Positions 10,384 through 21,639 of a DNA stretch of 64,000 nt are shown piece by piece (within the stretch, counting starts at the first letter, position 1; the number at the start of each line of letters is the position of its first letter). A model generated the notes under the pieces. It did no database searches, was not told the DNA's origin, and saw nothing but the letters and a program-made list of their open reading frames with translations. This DNA comes from Marsupella aquatica (taxonomy: Eukaryota > Plantae > Marchantiophyta). Where the stretch lies: the NCBI GenBank assembly GCA_973895155.1, contig OZ316895.1:11667958-11731957 (forward strand), in the 5' to 3' direction. Made by a program: the position numbers and the translations under genes.

Positions 10384-13300
10384 TATGTTTGAAGAATTTT
10401 TCTTGAAGTGAAGCATTGAATGTTGCCGTCATCCATTCTGCTATATGTAGTTCTCAAGCATGAATGGCATTGTATTTTCCCAGGTGGCTTCAGAACCCCA
10501 GGTAGGGTGAATGAAGGGGTGGCCAATACAACGCCCAGTACTACCGAGAGCAGTGCACGAGGGGAGGTGACAAAGAAAGGGAACGTAAAGTTGAATGAGA
10601 GACAATGGGTGGATGCTGAGTGTCCTCGCAAGAACCGATGGCATGCTGATTTGAAAGCTGAAGTATTGCGTTGGTTAGATGTGAGTGTTATTAATTTTAA
10701 AAAACAGCATCCAAAAGATTGGAAGACTGTATGTGAAAATGTTGCTGCCAAATGGAATTATGTGGGCAGTGATGATGGCGTGGACATAGGTTGCCTAGAG
10801 AGTACAGCAGGTAAAATTATCAAGCAAGAGAGGTGGAGAATGCATAAGGCTTGGAAGGAAGGTGGGGAGAAGCCAGATATGCCTCCACCAGCCAGTTGTG
10901 ATGATAAAGTGTGGGCAAGGTTAGTAGCTTATTTTGTAACAGATGCTTCAAAAAAGAAGAGTTCACAGATGACCGAGGCCAGGTTGAGTGTTCAGAACCC
11001 TAATCTGACAGGAAGGACCGGCACTGCACCGACAGCTAAACGTTTGGTAAGAATGAATGGCCTAGCTATGTAATTTATGCTACACTATGTACTATTTTTT
11101 AGTGTAAACCCATACATGTAAACTTTGTTTTTTAGTGTACGTTCCCTAAATATTGATCGATAACTTGTGTTTGCCATGCATGTGCAGAAAGCCCAATTGG
11201 GGCAAAGCCCTTCAAAAGAAGAGTTGAGGGCTGAAATTGTGAACACCCGGGCTCAAGAGGGTGCATCTGAATCCTCCAAGCATGTAAGTTATATGAGTTC
11301 TGATTGGTAATTGAATGACCTGCATTGAATTTCAGGTGTACACTGTATATAACATTGATTGTGCATATATTGCCCAACATTTCATATGGAGTGATTGAAC
11401 CTATACCCCTGTGTCATGTAGGGAGGTGGATCTTCACTTACAGAGATAAGTGGTCGTTTGAAGGCTGTCGAAACATGTCTTCCAGAGATCAATGAACGTT
11501 TGAATTCATTGACTGACTTGTTCCATGTGAACTTCAAGACATTAATGGAAGCTGTTGTGTCGGTGAGAGATAAAATTGATTCCAATTCTGCAGGAGTTCC
11601 ACCATCACCGCTTGAGGTGGCAAAGTCGATGCACTCTTCTGGCATGCCAACGACATGTAGGCTTGAAGGTAAGGCCTTTACAACTGTGTGGGATATGATT
11701 ATTAAATGTATAGTTTGAATTGACATTGTTTGTTGAATGTGTTATTTTCAGTAACATATATTGTGGTTGTTGTGTCCATAGAGAATAAGACAGGTGCTAC
11801 AGAGAAGAAGTATGAGAACCTGGCAAATACTCGCTGTAATTTAGAGGCAACAAAGTTGCAGTCTGTACAAGCAACTTGTTTGACAGAGGGCAGTCAACCA
11901 TGTTTGGATGAGGATGACATTGGCAAGGGAGTGGATGATATCAATGTTGGGGCAAATGAGGATATCAACAAGTATGACAATGATACCATTGAGCCAGATT
12001 CATGCTATGTAGATCTTGACTCCATTGCAGAGATAAATGATTTGCAGAATGTATCATTCTCAATGACAGGTGTGCCTCTTGTTGAGATAAATCCAACCAA
12101 AGAGTTAGTTGGTATGACACTCCCAAGTGATGAACCTGCTACTGTGACAGTCCTAACAGAGGAACCTACTGAGCCTAGCTTCACTACTGTGAAGAGAGGA
12201 AGCATGCGCACACGAAGCAAGTCTGCTGGTGGGAGCAGAGCCACGTCAAAGGTTTCATACAAACCTCCAAGAACAGTGCTGGCAGAAAGATCTAAGGTGG
12301 AAGTGGGGAAAGCACCTAATGCTGAGGGACAAAGTGGCTTGTTAGCTGTTGATGAGAGTGGAACACGAGTAGGATTTGCCAGAGTGCAGGTTGGTTCCAC
12401 AACGTTCCATGGCAAGAGGATTCCCCCAGGTTATTCAGTAGTGTTAGTCACATTACTAGTGAAACCTAAAGCTGTCCTTCCCATTCCAAACACAAATGAT
12501 GATCCTCCTCAAAAGACACTTGGAGATGCTGCAGGTTCTTTGGTATTATGGCCAAGCAAGTTCATAGAGGATCCATAACAATGTCATGCCATTATTTGTT
12601 TGTAGTGTGAGTCATGTTATGTAGATTTTAGATGTCAAGAAGCAGTACAAGAATCATGTCCTCTTGGAGATTCATAGTATCATGCATGTGCTTTCAGTTA
12701 TCTCATCCTACAGTCATCAATTATGAGTTCCTGTTTTGTCTAAATTACATTGATCACATTGTAAACTATTCCATTGGAATTCAAATGATCTTCATTTTTT
12801 AGCAAGATTGTGATTGTGTTTAATTCTTATGAATGTTTTATGTAGGATCTGCTTATATGATGCTTTGTTTCATGTGGATGTCATTCATGCTATGTTCATT
12901 TCTTGTATTCAATGTGTTATATTTCTAAAGTTAGAACATCAGGTTTCTATGTATTGTAATGTCGAGTGCTCTCTCTCCTTATGAACTGTCCCTCTGTGTT
13001 CATTAGTCATGGTTATAACTTGCATGTGAACCTTATTAGTTATAAACATGAGTATATAGAGTCCCAAATGGTTCTGTTGTGTGACGCGGGCCAAGGTCTC
13101 CATTGGTCTCTCCTGTGACACTAAATAGTCACACGCTAGTCGTTGTTGAATGCGGGTAAGTCATGTATGTGACTTACGATGTGACTCGCTGAAGTCATAT
13201 TGCAGTCACGTCGAAACAAGGCTAGACTCCACAATAAAGTCACAGATCAGTCACAAATGGGTATCAAGCAAGTTGCAAAGCTCAGTATCAATAGTGACTT

Positions 13301-13433
13301 CCATTTTTTGGTCTCAACTTTTGCAACTCCAAGGGTCACAGCGTGGGTCAAGTCACGTTGAGTCACAATGAAGTCACATGAGCCAAAATGAGTCATATAT
13401 TGCGGTCTCAGTTCACCTCGGATTCTTCTAGTG
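10384..13433 (+). mobile_element. 3' portion of a second, different CACTA element (element 2), interrupted by element 1
   Basis: Right terminus GATTCTTCTAGTG (13421-13433) is the reverse complement of CACTAGAAGAATC. GTCAC/GTGAC subterminal repeats lie at ~13080-13400. It contains TnpA-like exons and ends exactly inside the Copia gag. Predicted TSD ATG (13434-13436). Confidence 0.85.
10484..12578 (+). CDS. TnpA-like gene of CACTA element 2, 3' exons only (~10484-11047, 11189-11283, 11422-11668, 11783-12578)
   Basis: ERWRMHKAWK...PPPASCDDKVWARLVAYF...SSQMTEAR...TGRTG is paralogous to the 7358-7807 exon. The C-terminus FHGKRIPPGYSVVLVTLLVKPKAVLPIP...TLGDAAGSLVLWP is Transposase_23-like. The 5' part is displaced by element 1. 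Confidence 0.78.
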
Positions 13434-13999
13434 ATGTCATCGGTCAACAAGGCACTCACCACATCATTGTAGGATATAGTTGTCTTATCACGGAATAGAA
13501 GAACTCGAGACAAAGATTGGTACGAAGGTGGTAGTGAGCTCAAGAGTTGTAAGGCTTTCTTTTCTTCGCTCAAATGCTCCCCCAAATTCTCTAGGTCAAC
13601 CACAAGATCATTGAACTGATCGATATGATCTTGAATCTTGACTCCATCAGCCATTTTGAATTGCATGAGCTTCAGACTTGCATACATTCGGTTTGACATC
13701 TCCTTCTTGTAGTACTTGTTGCGCAATGCTTGAAACAAGTCCGTCACCATTTGTGTTGCTTTTTCATCGAACTGCTTCTTTACATTGTTTTTCAGGTACA
13801 TGCCAACAATACTTACCGCTTGATCCTGGAGATCATGCCAATCATCATCTTCCATCTCCTTGGGTTGAGATCTTAGTACCTTGCCTAGGCCCATCGCCCT
13901 AAGTGCATCCCTCACGTTACGTTCCCACATTGTATAGTCCATCCGACCATCAAATTTTTCCACCTCAAACCTTTGACCTCCAATCCTAGTAGTCGCCAT
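13434..13999 (-). pseudogene. Copia gag (UBN2-type, Tnt1/Tork-like), truncated by the CACTA-2 insertion
   Basis: MATTRIGGQRFEVEKFDGRMDYTMW...LMQFKMADGVKIQDHIDQFNDLVVDLENLGEHLSEEKKALQLLSSLPPSY. Homology stops at LLTDDI, exactly where the CACTA TIR begins. Confidence 0.9.
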
Positions 14000-14918
14000 C
14001 GCTGGAATGCCAAATGTAGTGTGGAGTCGCCTTCTCACAAGAAATAAACGTCGAATGCTCAGATGTGGGGTGTGAAAATAAGGCCAAAAATGAAAGTTGG
14101 TGAATTTTGAAACTGATCACTCCTATGTGTAGCCCACAAGGTAACGCTCCGAATTCTGAAAATGGTTTGTCAAATGGACTCTCGAGTGCCGAGAATTTTT
14201 ACTCCGACCGGAGGGGGGTAAAAGATGAAATAATTACCCCTCGAGGGAATCTCTTATGCCAAAGATTCCACTAGTGTACTTTTTCAGAATTGAACGCACC
14301 AATACTTGCCTAGCTTCCCCAAGTACGTCTCTCCAAAAGTTGAAGTTGATCCGATTTTATTTGCCGCTCGGAATCTTTGACCTTCGGTAAAAATTTAAGC
14401 CTCTGGAAAAGAATCTTTTCGGGAAATTCCGTCCGCCCTTGTACAGCCCCTGTGGGGGACTTCACAGGGGGCACTTCCCCCTGCCCAAGCCCTGTCGAGC
14501 CCTAAAAGGCCTCCTCGAAGTTTTCGACCTCCTCGCGCGTCCGCGGAAGTCGCGACTACTCGCGGCAGAAAGTACCCTCGGTGGATTCACTCAAATTCCC
14601 GTCTTAGTTTTTGACGAAATCCAATTCTGATTTCAGATTCAGAAACTAGACTTCGAGGGCATCAAGATTGATATAAAGAACTCGCAAAACGGTGGAGTAA
14701 TGAGGGAGAAACAATTCGGTGAAAGTGAAATTGTTTCCGTTTCTGACCTCAGGCCTTCATTGCTTCACTGAAATGAGCCCCTAGTTGTGTGCTCCACACT
14801 TGTGAGAAGATTGAGTTCGATCTTCTTTCAATAGCTCCGCTTCGAAGAGGAAATCATCCGCTGTTCGCTTTGCTTGAAGCAAGTTCTATGGAGTTCCTAA
14901 TCGACTGAAAAAATCTGA

Positions 14919-14930
14919 GCTCTGATACCA
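14919..14930 (-). promoter_or_regulatory. Primer binding site complementary to initiator tRNA-Met
   Basis: Plus-strand gctctgatacca equals TGGTATCAGAGC on the minus strand, 2 nt from the LTR CA end. Confidence 0.92.
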
Positions 14931-14932
14931 AT

Positions 14933-15255
14933 TGTGGGGAGAAATCAGATCAGGAAAAACACTCCAAACATACACGTGCTCAATAGGTACGTGGTTCGCC
15001 TCAAGGTTGGCTACGTCCACGGGAAGACCAAGCTTTATTAACGGTTATGTGTCTACTCAAGCATCACCATAGCTCTCATCTCTTCAAGCTCTCATCTCTT
15101 GCTATATCACTGTGTTCTCTCTTGAGAACTCTCTTGTGTGTTCTCACACCACATAGAAGTTGAAGAGATAAGGACCAACTCTTCAACTAGGGTTTACTCT
15201 AACCCTAGTTAACATACTAACCATAGTTCAACCCAAAACTGAGTTAACCTCTACA
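14933..15255 (-). repeat. 5' LTR (~323 bp) of the Copia element
   Basis: TG..CA termini (tgtgggga...cctctaca) adjacent to the PBS. Contains the acgtggttcg...ctacgtccac motif typical of Tnt1/Tork-like LTRs. The outer end is inferred; flank GGATG would be the TSD. Confidence 0.7.
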
Positions 15256-15755
15256 GGATGTAACTATTTGCACAAGGAAGTAGAATTGTTAAGTGTCATT
15301 TCAATTGAGTATGTGTGGGCAATATTGCTCCAGAAATTGCTGTCAACATGTGAAGTTTATCAAGGGCTAATTGTTTACTTGCTCATGCTTTGATTATAAT
15401 TCATGAACTTGCACCTTTTGTGCTCAATGCCTTTAAGATTAGAAAAAAACTCAAACACAACCCTGAACATTCAAACACATAGCCACAATTGAACACAGCA
15501 CCATATTTGAACTGCTTTGTGTTAAAAGGGTGTTGTGTTTGAGTTGAACAACTTTTTCTTATCATGACTAAAAAATGTCAACTTTTCAACACAACTCCTA
15601 CGCACTCTGTTTGGGGGAAGATGGTAGCACCAACATCAAACTAAATATTGTAAAAAGAAAAGGGATATCTAATGACTGGCTGAGCTGTAGTGTCTTTGGG
15701 TGAATATACTGAAATGGGTATATTTAGTAAAAGTAGGGGGTGAATCTTAGGAGGA

Positions 15756-16301
15756 CTTTACAAGACGTCTGGGGCACTTGGGAGTTTTTTTTACCAAAGC
15801 AAACTGGAGGGCCATTGCACACACTAAATATAGTGTCCCGGGGCTAAAAGCATTTTTTGAGTCCTTTTATTGCCCCCAAGGTCTTGTAAAGCCAAGTGCA
15901 GCCAATGGTGCCAGATTAATTGATTAAAAGACAGATTGAGGATCCACTCCACCTGAATGTCACGTAATCTTTGGCTAAAGTCTTTGTAAATGTGAGAAGA
16001 GAATATCTTATGAAGGACTTGTGGGTCCCTTTTTATTACAAATGACTTAAAATAGAAATGGACCAAGCAGCCAGAAGAAGAGACCACCAAGAGAGGTGGT
16101 CTAAAATCTAGGACAAAAGAGTGCTCCACATAAGCAAAATTTGGGCCCCATTGCATTCCATGTAGGATTGGTAACAGGTTCGGTTGAAAGTGCCCCCAAG
16201 GTTTTGTAAAGTGAACAACAGCAATTTCTCTCAAATGGATGGCCTTGATCAGATCTTGGACACAAAAAAAATGTGGAAACTGCCCCCAACGTCTTGTAAA
16301 G
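15756..16301. repeat. Four copies of a ~21-bp motif (tgcccccaaggtcttgtaaag), one inverted
   Basis: Copies at 15756-15776 (inverted), 15871-15891, 16191-16211 and 16281-16301. Confidence 0.7.
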
Positions 16302-17508
16302 CCACCCTTACATTCCCCACCTTTATGTGATATTTATTTGTGAAAGAGTCAGCAACTGTCCTGGATGAGCTGGCTTCAGAGGCATCCTCAAAACCAACTG
16401 CCAGATGAATCACCGTTGGAAACAACAACAGAGTCATTGAGTAAACAACTGCCAGTCAAGTTGGGATATTAATAGAGACACACCCCATCTAGTCAACTAC
16501 TTTGGAAAGTAACTAATCACCAGTGAAGTGTCATCAGGCCGTCCAGCATTAATTTATTTATTGGGGAAAGGAAGGAAGGAAGGTCAACAGAGCTGGAGTA
16601 TGGCAGCCAGGCAACGTACCAACATGGTAGTTTTGAACCTGTGTCTATATGGGGGCTTGAAGTAAGCACCCTTAAACTTAAGAAAAAATGTGAAATTTCT
16701 TGCCTCTATGAATTTTAGATCTTTCTGGAATGTTAGAAAACTTCCTAGAAAAAACCTTATATTAAGACCCCATCTAAGACCCAAGTGTTCTTTCACAACA
16801 AACTTCAAGTCTTCCCTAGCTCTTAGAATAAATCAAATGACCTCATGCTTGGTTGCATGTGATGTGTTGTTTTTCCCAAGCAAGACCTCTGGAGACAAGA
16901 GAACAACAAGTTTTCCAATTGAAAACTTATTTAACCACTACTCCATCAATCATGATTCTTACCCAAAGTACTAGGCTCTACCTGAACACTTAGACTCTAT
17001 TACGAAGGAGCCTTGATCCATTGGAAAGAAGTGTTGCTAGGACTCCAACCATGACTCCTCGGGGTCCTCACTTCTTTTCTTCCACACCCTTCACTTCTCA
17101 CCATCCCCCATCTGTCCAAATTAAAATTATGCAGCACTTTGCCACACCATCCTTCTTCATTGGCTTTGGTTGGTGTTCATTGCAAGGTACTTAACTCGGC
17201 CAATAATACACACGGGAATACACAAGCCTTTGGGGTCGCCTCTGCCTTGTACCCTGCTGTAAATTTGGCTTTTGTCAATGTCAAAGCTTTGGTTGACAGT
17301 CTTGGTTGATGTTCTGCCAAATGCTTCACTGTTCACATCACAATTGGTACCATTTCTTAAGCTTCAGTCGAGGTATTGCGGTTGACTAAAAGCAAACTGG
17401 CACATATCAATCCACTTGTTACACTGTAACTTCACATGTTATTTTCCAGATTGTCCGATGATCAGCACGCATCCATCAACTTGCTACAGGGCAACTACAC
17501 TCTTTCTT

Positions 17509-17667
17509 TTCCCTTTGGAAATCCAGATTTATACACATAAAAAAGGGAACATATAATAAGTTGAGGGAGACCCACTCCAACTCTGGGTACTTTTGTACAG
17601 GCACTACAGGCAGGAAGGAAATGCCCCTTTGATTTCCCCTTGGAAATCCAGATTTATAAACATAAAA
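17509..17667. repeat. ~34-bp direct repeat pair (ttccc(c/t)ttggaaatccagatttata(c/a)acataaaa)
   Basis: Two copies ~125 bp apart, read directly. Confidence 0.65.
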
Positions 17668-18077
17668 TGGGTCTAATGAGCCTAAGATAGTCAAATTGCA
17701 TTGTGAATTGAGATACTTACAAAGTTCCAAAGATTGCTGGGATATGATCTAGACCAAAATATTCCTACACTGAAAGTATATGGTTCACTCCATCTGAGCT
17801 ACGTTCGCAGCCGTGAGAGAAATCCAGTAATGTTAGTTTTCATCTAATCTTTTCTCTGTGCGTTCTTTTCTCTCTGCGTTTGGGTAATCGTTTCGCATTA
17901 TTGGATTTAACGCAAAGAGAAAAGTCATTGGGGGGGGCATCGGAATGAACCATGAATCAGCCTTGGAATGAAATGTATGAGTTCTTAGTCAGCTTTTGGA
18001 TGAAGTATATCCATGTAGAGTCTTGATTTATGTTTTGGAACTCAGATAGGGCACGAGCATTGGGGACTGGGATGGCA

Positions 18078-18232
18078 GTGTACAGAGTCCTAGGAAAATG
18101 GGGGAGAATTAAGTGTACAGAGTCCTAGGAAAATGGGGGAGAATTAACGTATTGTAGATTTAGGAAAATGGAGGAGAATTAACGCATTGTAGATTTAGTA
18201 AAATGGAGGAGAATTAACGCATTGTAGATTTA
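18078..18232. repeat. 35-bp tandem repeat, ~4.4 copies
   Basis: gtgtacagagtcctaggaaaatgggggagaattaa x2, then cg(t/c)attgtagatttag(g/t)aaaatggaggagaattaa x2 plus a partial copy. Confidence 0.9.
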
Positions 18233-19561
18233 ACGGCTCGGTCTAGGTGATGATTGTGAAGGACTGACAGTTTCTCCCATACTTTACTAGAGTGAAGCCT
18301 TCTAGTTTTGCTTCAGACTTCAGGGCTAGAGTGGCTGCTTCGTCCTCAATTCATTCTGACGACTCCATTCAGTCTAGCAACAACAGTAATTCAGTAGCCA
18401 GCGTTGCTGACTCCTAAGGTTCTGGAGGCGTTCTGTCGTTGTCCTCATTGGAAGGACTCAGCATTCCCAAGGGTCTAGATCCGGCTGTGTATGAAATCTG
18501 CCCTTAGCTTTCGTTCCCAAGGACTCGCGATCTAGACCGGCAATTGAATAAACGAAAGGAAGTGATGATGTTTCTCGTGTCAAAAAATAAAAAAGGTAAA
18601 AGAAAGGACTTCATGGTCGGGAATCAGCCCATGATCCATACCATGAATAGCACGGATGAGGGGTGCAGTCATGAAAGCTCCTCCAGCGGGACACATATGT
18701 CACAGTGATGTCCAGTGCGATCTCTACTGGAATATCGCCAGATTTAACTAGTTTCACAGTGTTTTACTTACAATAGTCTGTCGCTTTAGCACGGACAAAC
18801 AGTCAGAGAACGCGGGGAGAGTAGATGAGACGTTAGTGAAATGCTGGGAAAATTCAGGAAGGAAATACTCAATTAATGACAAATATATTTTTTAAAGTCG
18901 GTGCGCGTGCAAAATATGTGGGCCAGAAAATAATAATCCAGAGTCTTCCTCAATCGAGGACGTGTGGAGAGACATAGCTATTGCAAAGGTTTTTCTTTCT
19001 CGTTTCTAAAGGGACCCCTCAAGCCCCGCAACTGGCTTGAGGGGAAAACTACTGCAAAGGCCAGGTTTTGGGAGTGTGCTGCTCCTATGGTAGTTTCCTA
19101 ATCTCTTGTTTGGTAGCTGAACGACATTCTCAAGTTGAGATCCGCGGTTTCTTTGCACTTTTCCCCGCGGGCGAATTTGCGATCGACGATTTCTTTCGCG
19201 ATGTTTGCCTCGACCGGATCTGATTCAAATCACATTGGATTGGATGTGCAACTATTTAATCTCAACGGAACTAGATTTCTCTACTGTAGACTAACAGTTT
19301 TTGCCGCTTGACGTATTCAGATCCATAATTTTCCTCCGATCACAGGTAACTCCGTTCAGTTTGAGAGTCAATGTACACGAGTCGACGAGTGGACGTCAGT
19401 AGTTCCTCAGCGCGAGTAACTTGTACTCTATCATCTGGAGCCCGCCAGCCAATGTGATGGCACGATTCCCGGATATCACTTTGCATGCCCGCGGTATCGT
19501 ACTTATCCATGGAGGCGAGGATATGAAAAACTATCAAACTGTCGAACCAGAGGATAAACGT

Positions 19562-19712
19562 GAGAGGGATACTTGATGGACCCTTAATTGAAAAGTGTTA
19601 CTTTGATGGACCTACGAGGCCTCATGAGATTTTAGGTCCGTTTATTTAAGGTCTATCAAGGGTATCGATCACTCATGATTAAAGCTTTGAAGGTCCATCA
19701 AGAATATCTCTC
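19562..19712. mobile_element. Small foldback MITE, probably Mutator-type
   Basis: Imperfect TIRs gagagggatacttgatggaccctt / aaggtccatcaagaatatctctc and an internal second ttgatggacc arm. Flanks ggataaacgt (19552-19561) and ggatgaacat (19713-19722) match 8/10, like a decayed 10-bp TSD. Confidence 0.65.
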
Positions 19713-21639
19713 GGATGAACATATTACAACTACACTTGTTAATCACGTTTTCTCGGCACTTTTGACGCCTACAGCGTGCTCCGCGAACGCAGTAGACACG
19801 CGGCATCTACAGTACTATTATCGGTGGTTCGCCCTGTGTCTCCAGTGCGGGTTCGTAGATGGGGTCCTGTACACTTGTTATCCAATCTTGCAGGGATCGT
19901 AGGATATCCAAATCCCAAAGAAATGCGCACCTCTTCGTCTGAACAGCCAAACAAGGCCAAGCATGAAGTTTTCTTGTTTCGAGCCTTATATATTGACATG
20001 AAATGTGACGTTCCAAATTTGATTTTACAATCGGAATAAAGAAAATGAAAATCTGACCCAACAAGAAAGGCAAGTGACAATCGATCCTCAACTGAGCTGG
20101 CTTTCCATACACATCGTGCCATGGAGGTAGTTATATATATGTTATCTGGACTTACTCTTTCAGGGCGCCATTTGTCTGAAGTTGGTGATCATAGTGCGAC
20201 CGACGCAAACCATGGTAGGCTACAAAGCTAGTGATATGGATATAGTCACAAATCCCATTGAGCAAAACAGTTCCGCACTGACGTTGGACGGACCATCTCC
20301 AAATTATTAAGCTACGACTTCCCGCAGACGCCAAAAGGGGACCCCGAGCAGCTATCTCCAATCTACTCCCGTGACAGCGTTCGATCCCCTAGATGAACTC
20401 AGGCACTAGTCGGGGCACTAGTCTTACGTGAAGTACTGCTATTTACAACCTATTTAATTAACTACAGTAGTACCTAAGTACATCGCCCCCAATAACGGCG
20501 GCGACGTTGTCTACAGAAAGACAGCTTCAGGTGAATGGATAATTCGATACAACGTTGCCTCCCCTAGTGCCCTCTATGAGCTGGAAAAGGAATTGACCAA
20601 AAGATTACTCAACACAAACACAAGTTTATTTGAAGCGTGGAATTAATCACGTTAGTTTCAACGAGGACTGGTACATGAATGAAAGAACACCTTCGACAAT
20701 GCAGACATATAAGTACGTAGGCCCGCGCCAGCCTGCATGCATATCTCAAAGCCAAGAAAAGTTCACGACAAAGCCAAGAAGAATTAAATCTACGCTAAAA
20801 TTCATGTTGCGTGCACTCAGGCTCACAAACAAAGCACAGTGTCAATTTCTTCACTTCCTTCGTTACTTTCGCTCTTTCGATCTTTTTTTCTACGGCAAAA
20901 TATAACATTACGTTCTTCTTCACCTCGTTTCACGTTTCTGGTAATGCTAATTCTTTAGAGAGTAGTCAAATAGCTTGAGATTACATCTCGTTTTGCATCT
21001 CCGCGCGTGACGATTTGGCCTGGCTATTAAAAGTTCAGTCAATACTTATGTCAAGAGTATTAGAGGAACTAACTGTTATTGTTCACTTTGCTCTTAATCT
21101 TCTTTCATATACACTCTAAAATCTTTATTTATTGCGCAACCATGGATAGCAGCACTATGGTAGTGGGCATAGCAGGCTCTTGACAGGCAACTGGCTGGTG
21201 TGAACCGGATTGATTGGCTTGAAGGATTTGGACCTGCGAGTTTGTGACCAACCTCATGGCAACAGACACGGGAGCAGACATTGAAGCAGGCAAAAGATGG
21301 AGAGAAACTACATTTTCCCCAAAGACAACTGCACCGTAGGCTTGTGACGCTAGTTGGGTTCGGATTATCCCACCATGGTTGGGGCTGCTTGAGTTGGCCC
21401 TAAAACAACGTACAGTGAACAAATATAGCACATTGTCAGCCTGGGTATTTAATTAATGTACACAATAAGCAAAACCCATTTGGATTGGAGATCCTCTAAT
21501 GGTCAAACCTAGATCTAGAGATTTTGATAAGGAATGTTCCTAGCGTATAATCTTATCTGGGCTGCATATATTCTTATGTCCCTTTCTCGGTCCCTTTACA
21601 CTTTCTGGCTTAGGGTAACTTTGTGAATTTGGGGCTCAG

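Larger units (their letters stand above)
13434..15255 (-). mobile_element. 5' part of a Copia LTR retrotransposon (5' LTR, PBS, ~0.9 kb leader, gag start)
   Basis: LTR, then tRNA-iMet PBS, then gag, in minus orientation. Confidence 0.88.

Noticed and set aside
13247-14038. 263-aa ORF as a complete or novel gag protein
   Set aside because: Its last ~62 codons are fortuitous read-through into the CACTA-2 terminus; gag homology ends at 13434.
18078-18232. CRISPR-like repeat-spacer array
   Set aside because: Eukaryotic context, the spacers are themselves duplicated, and there are no cas genes. It is a slippage tandem repeat.
19015-19044. 11-bp GC-rich stem-loop (cccctcaagcc/ggcttgagggg) as a Helitron 3' end or terminator
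   Set aside because: No CTRR terminus at the expected distance on either strand and no supporting context.
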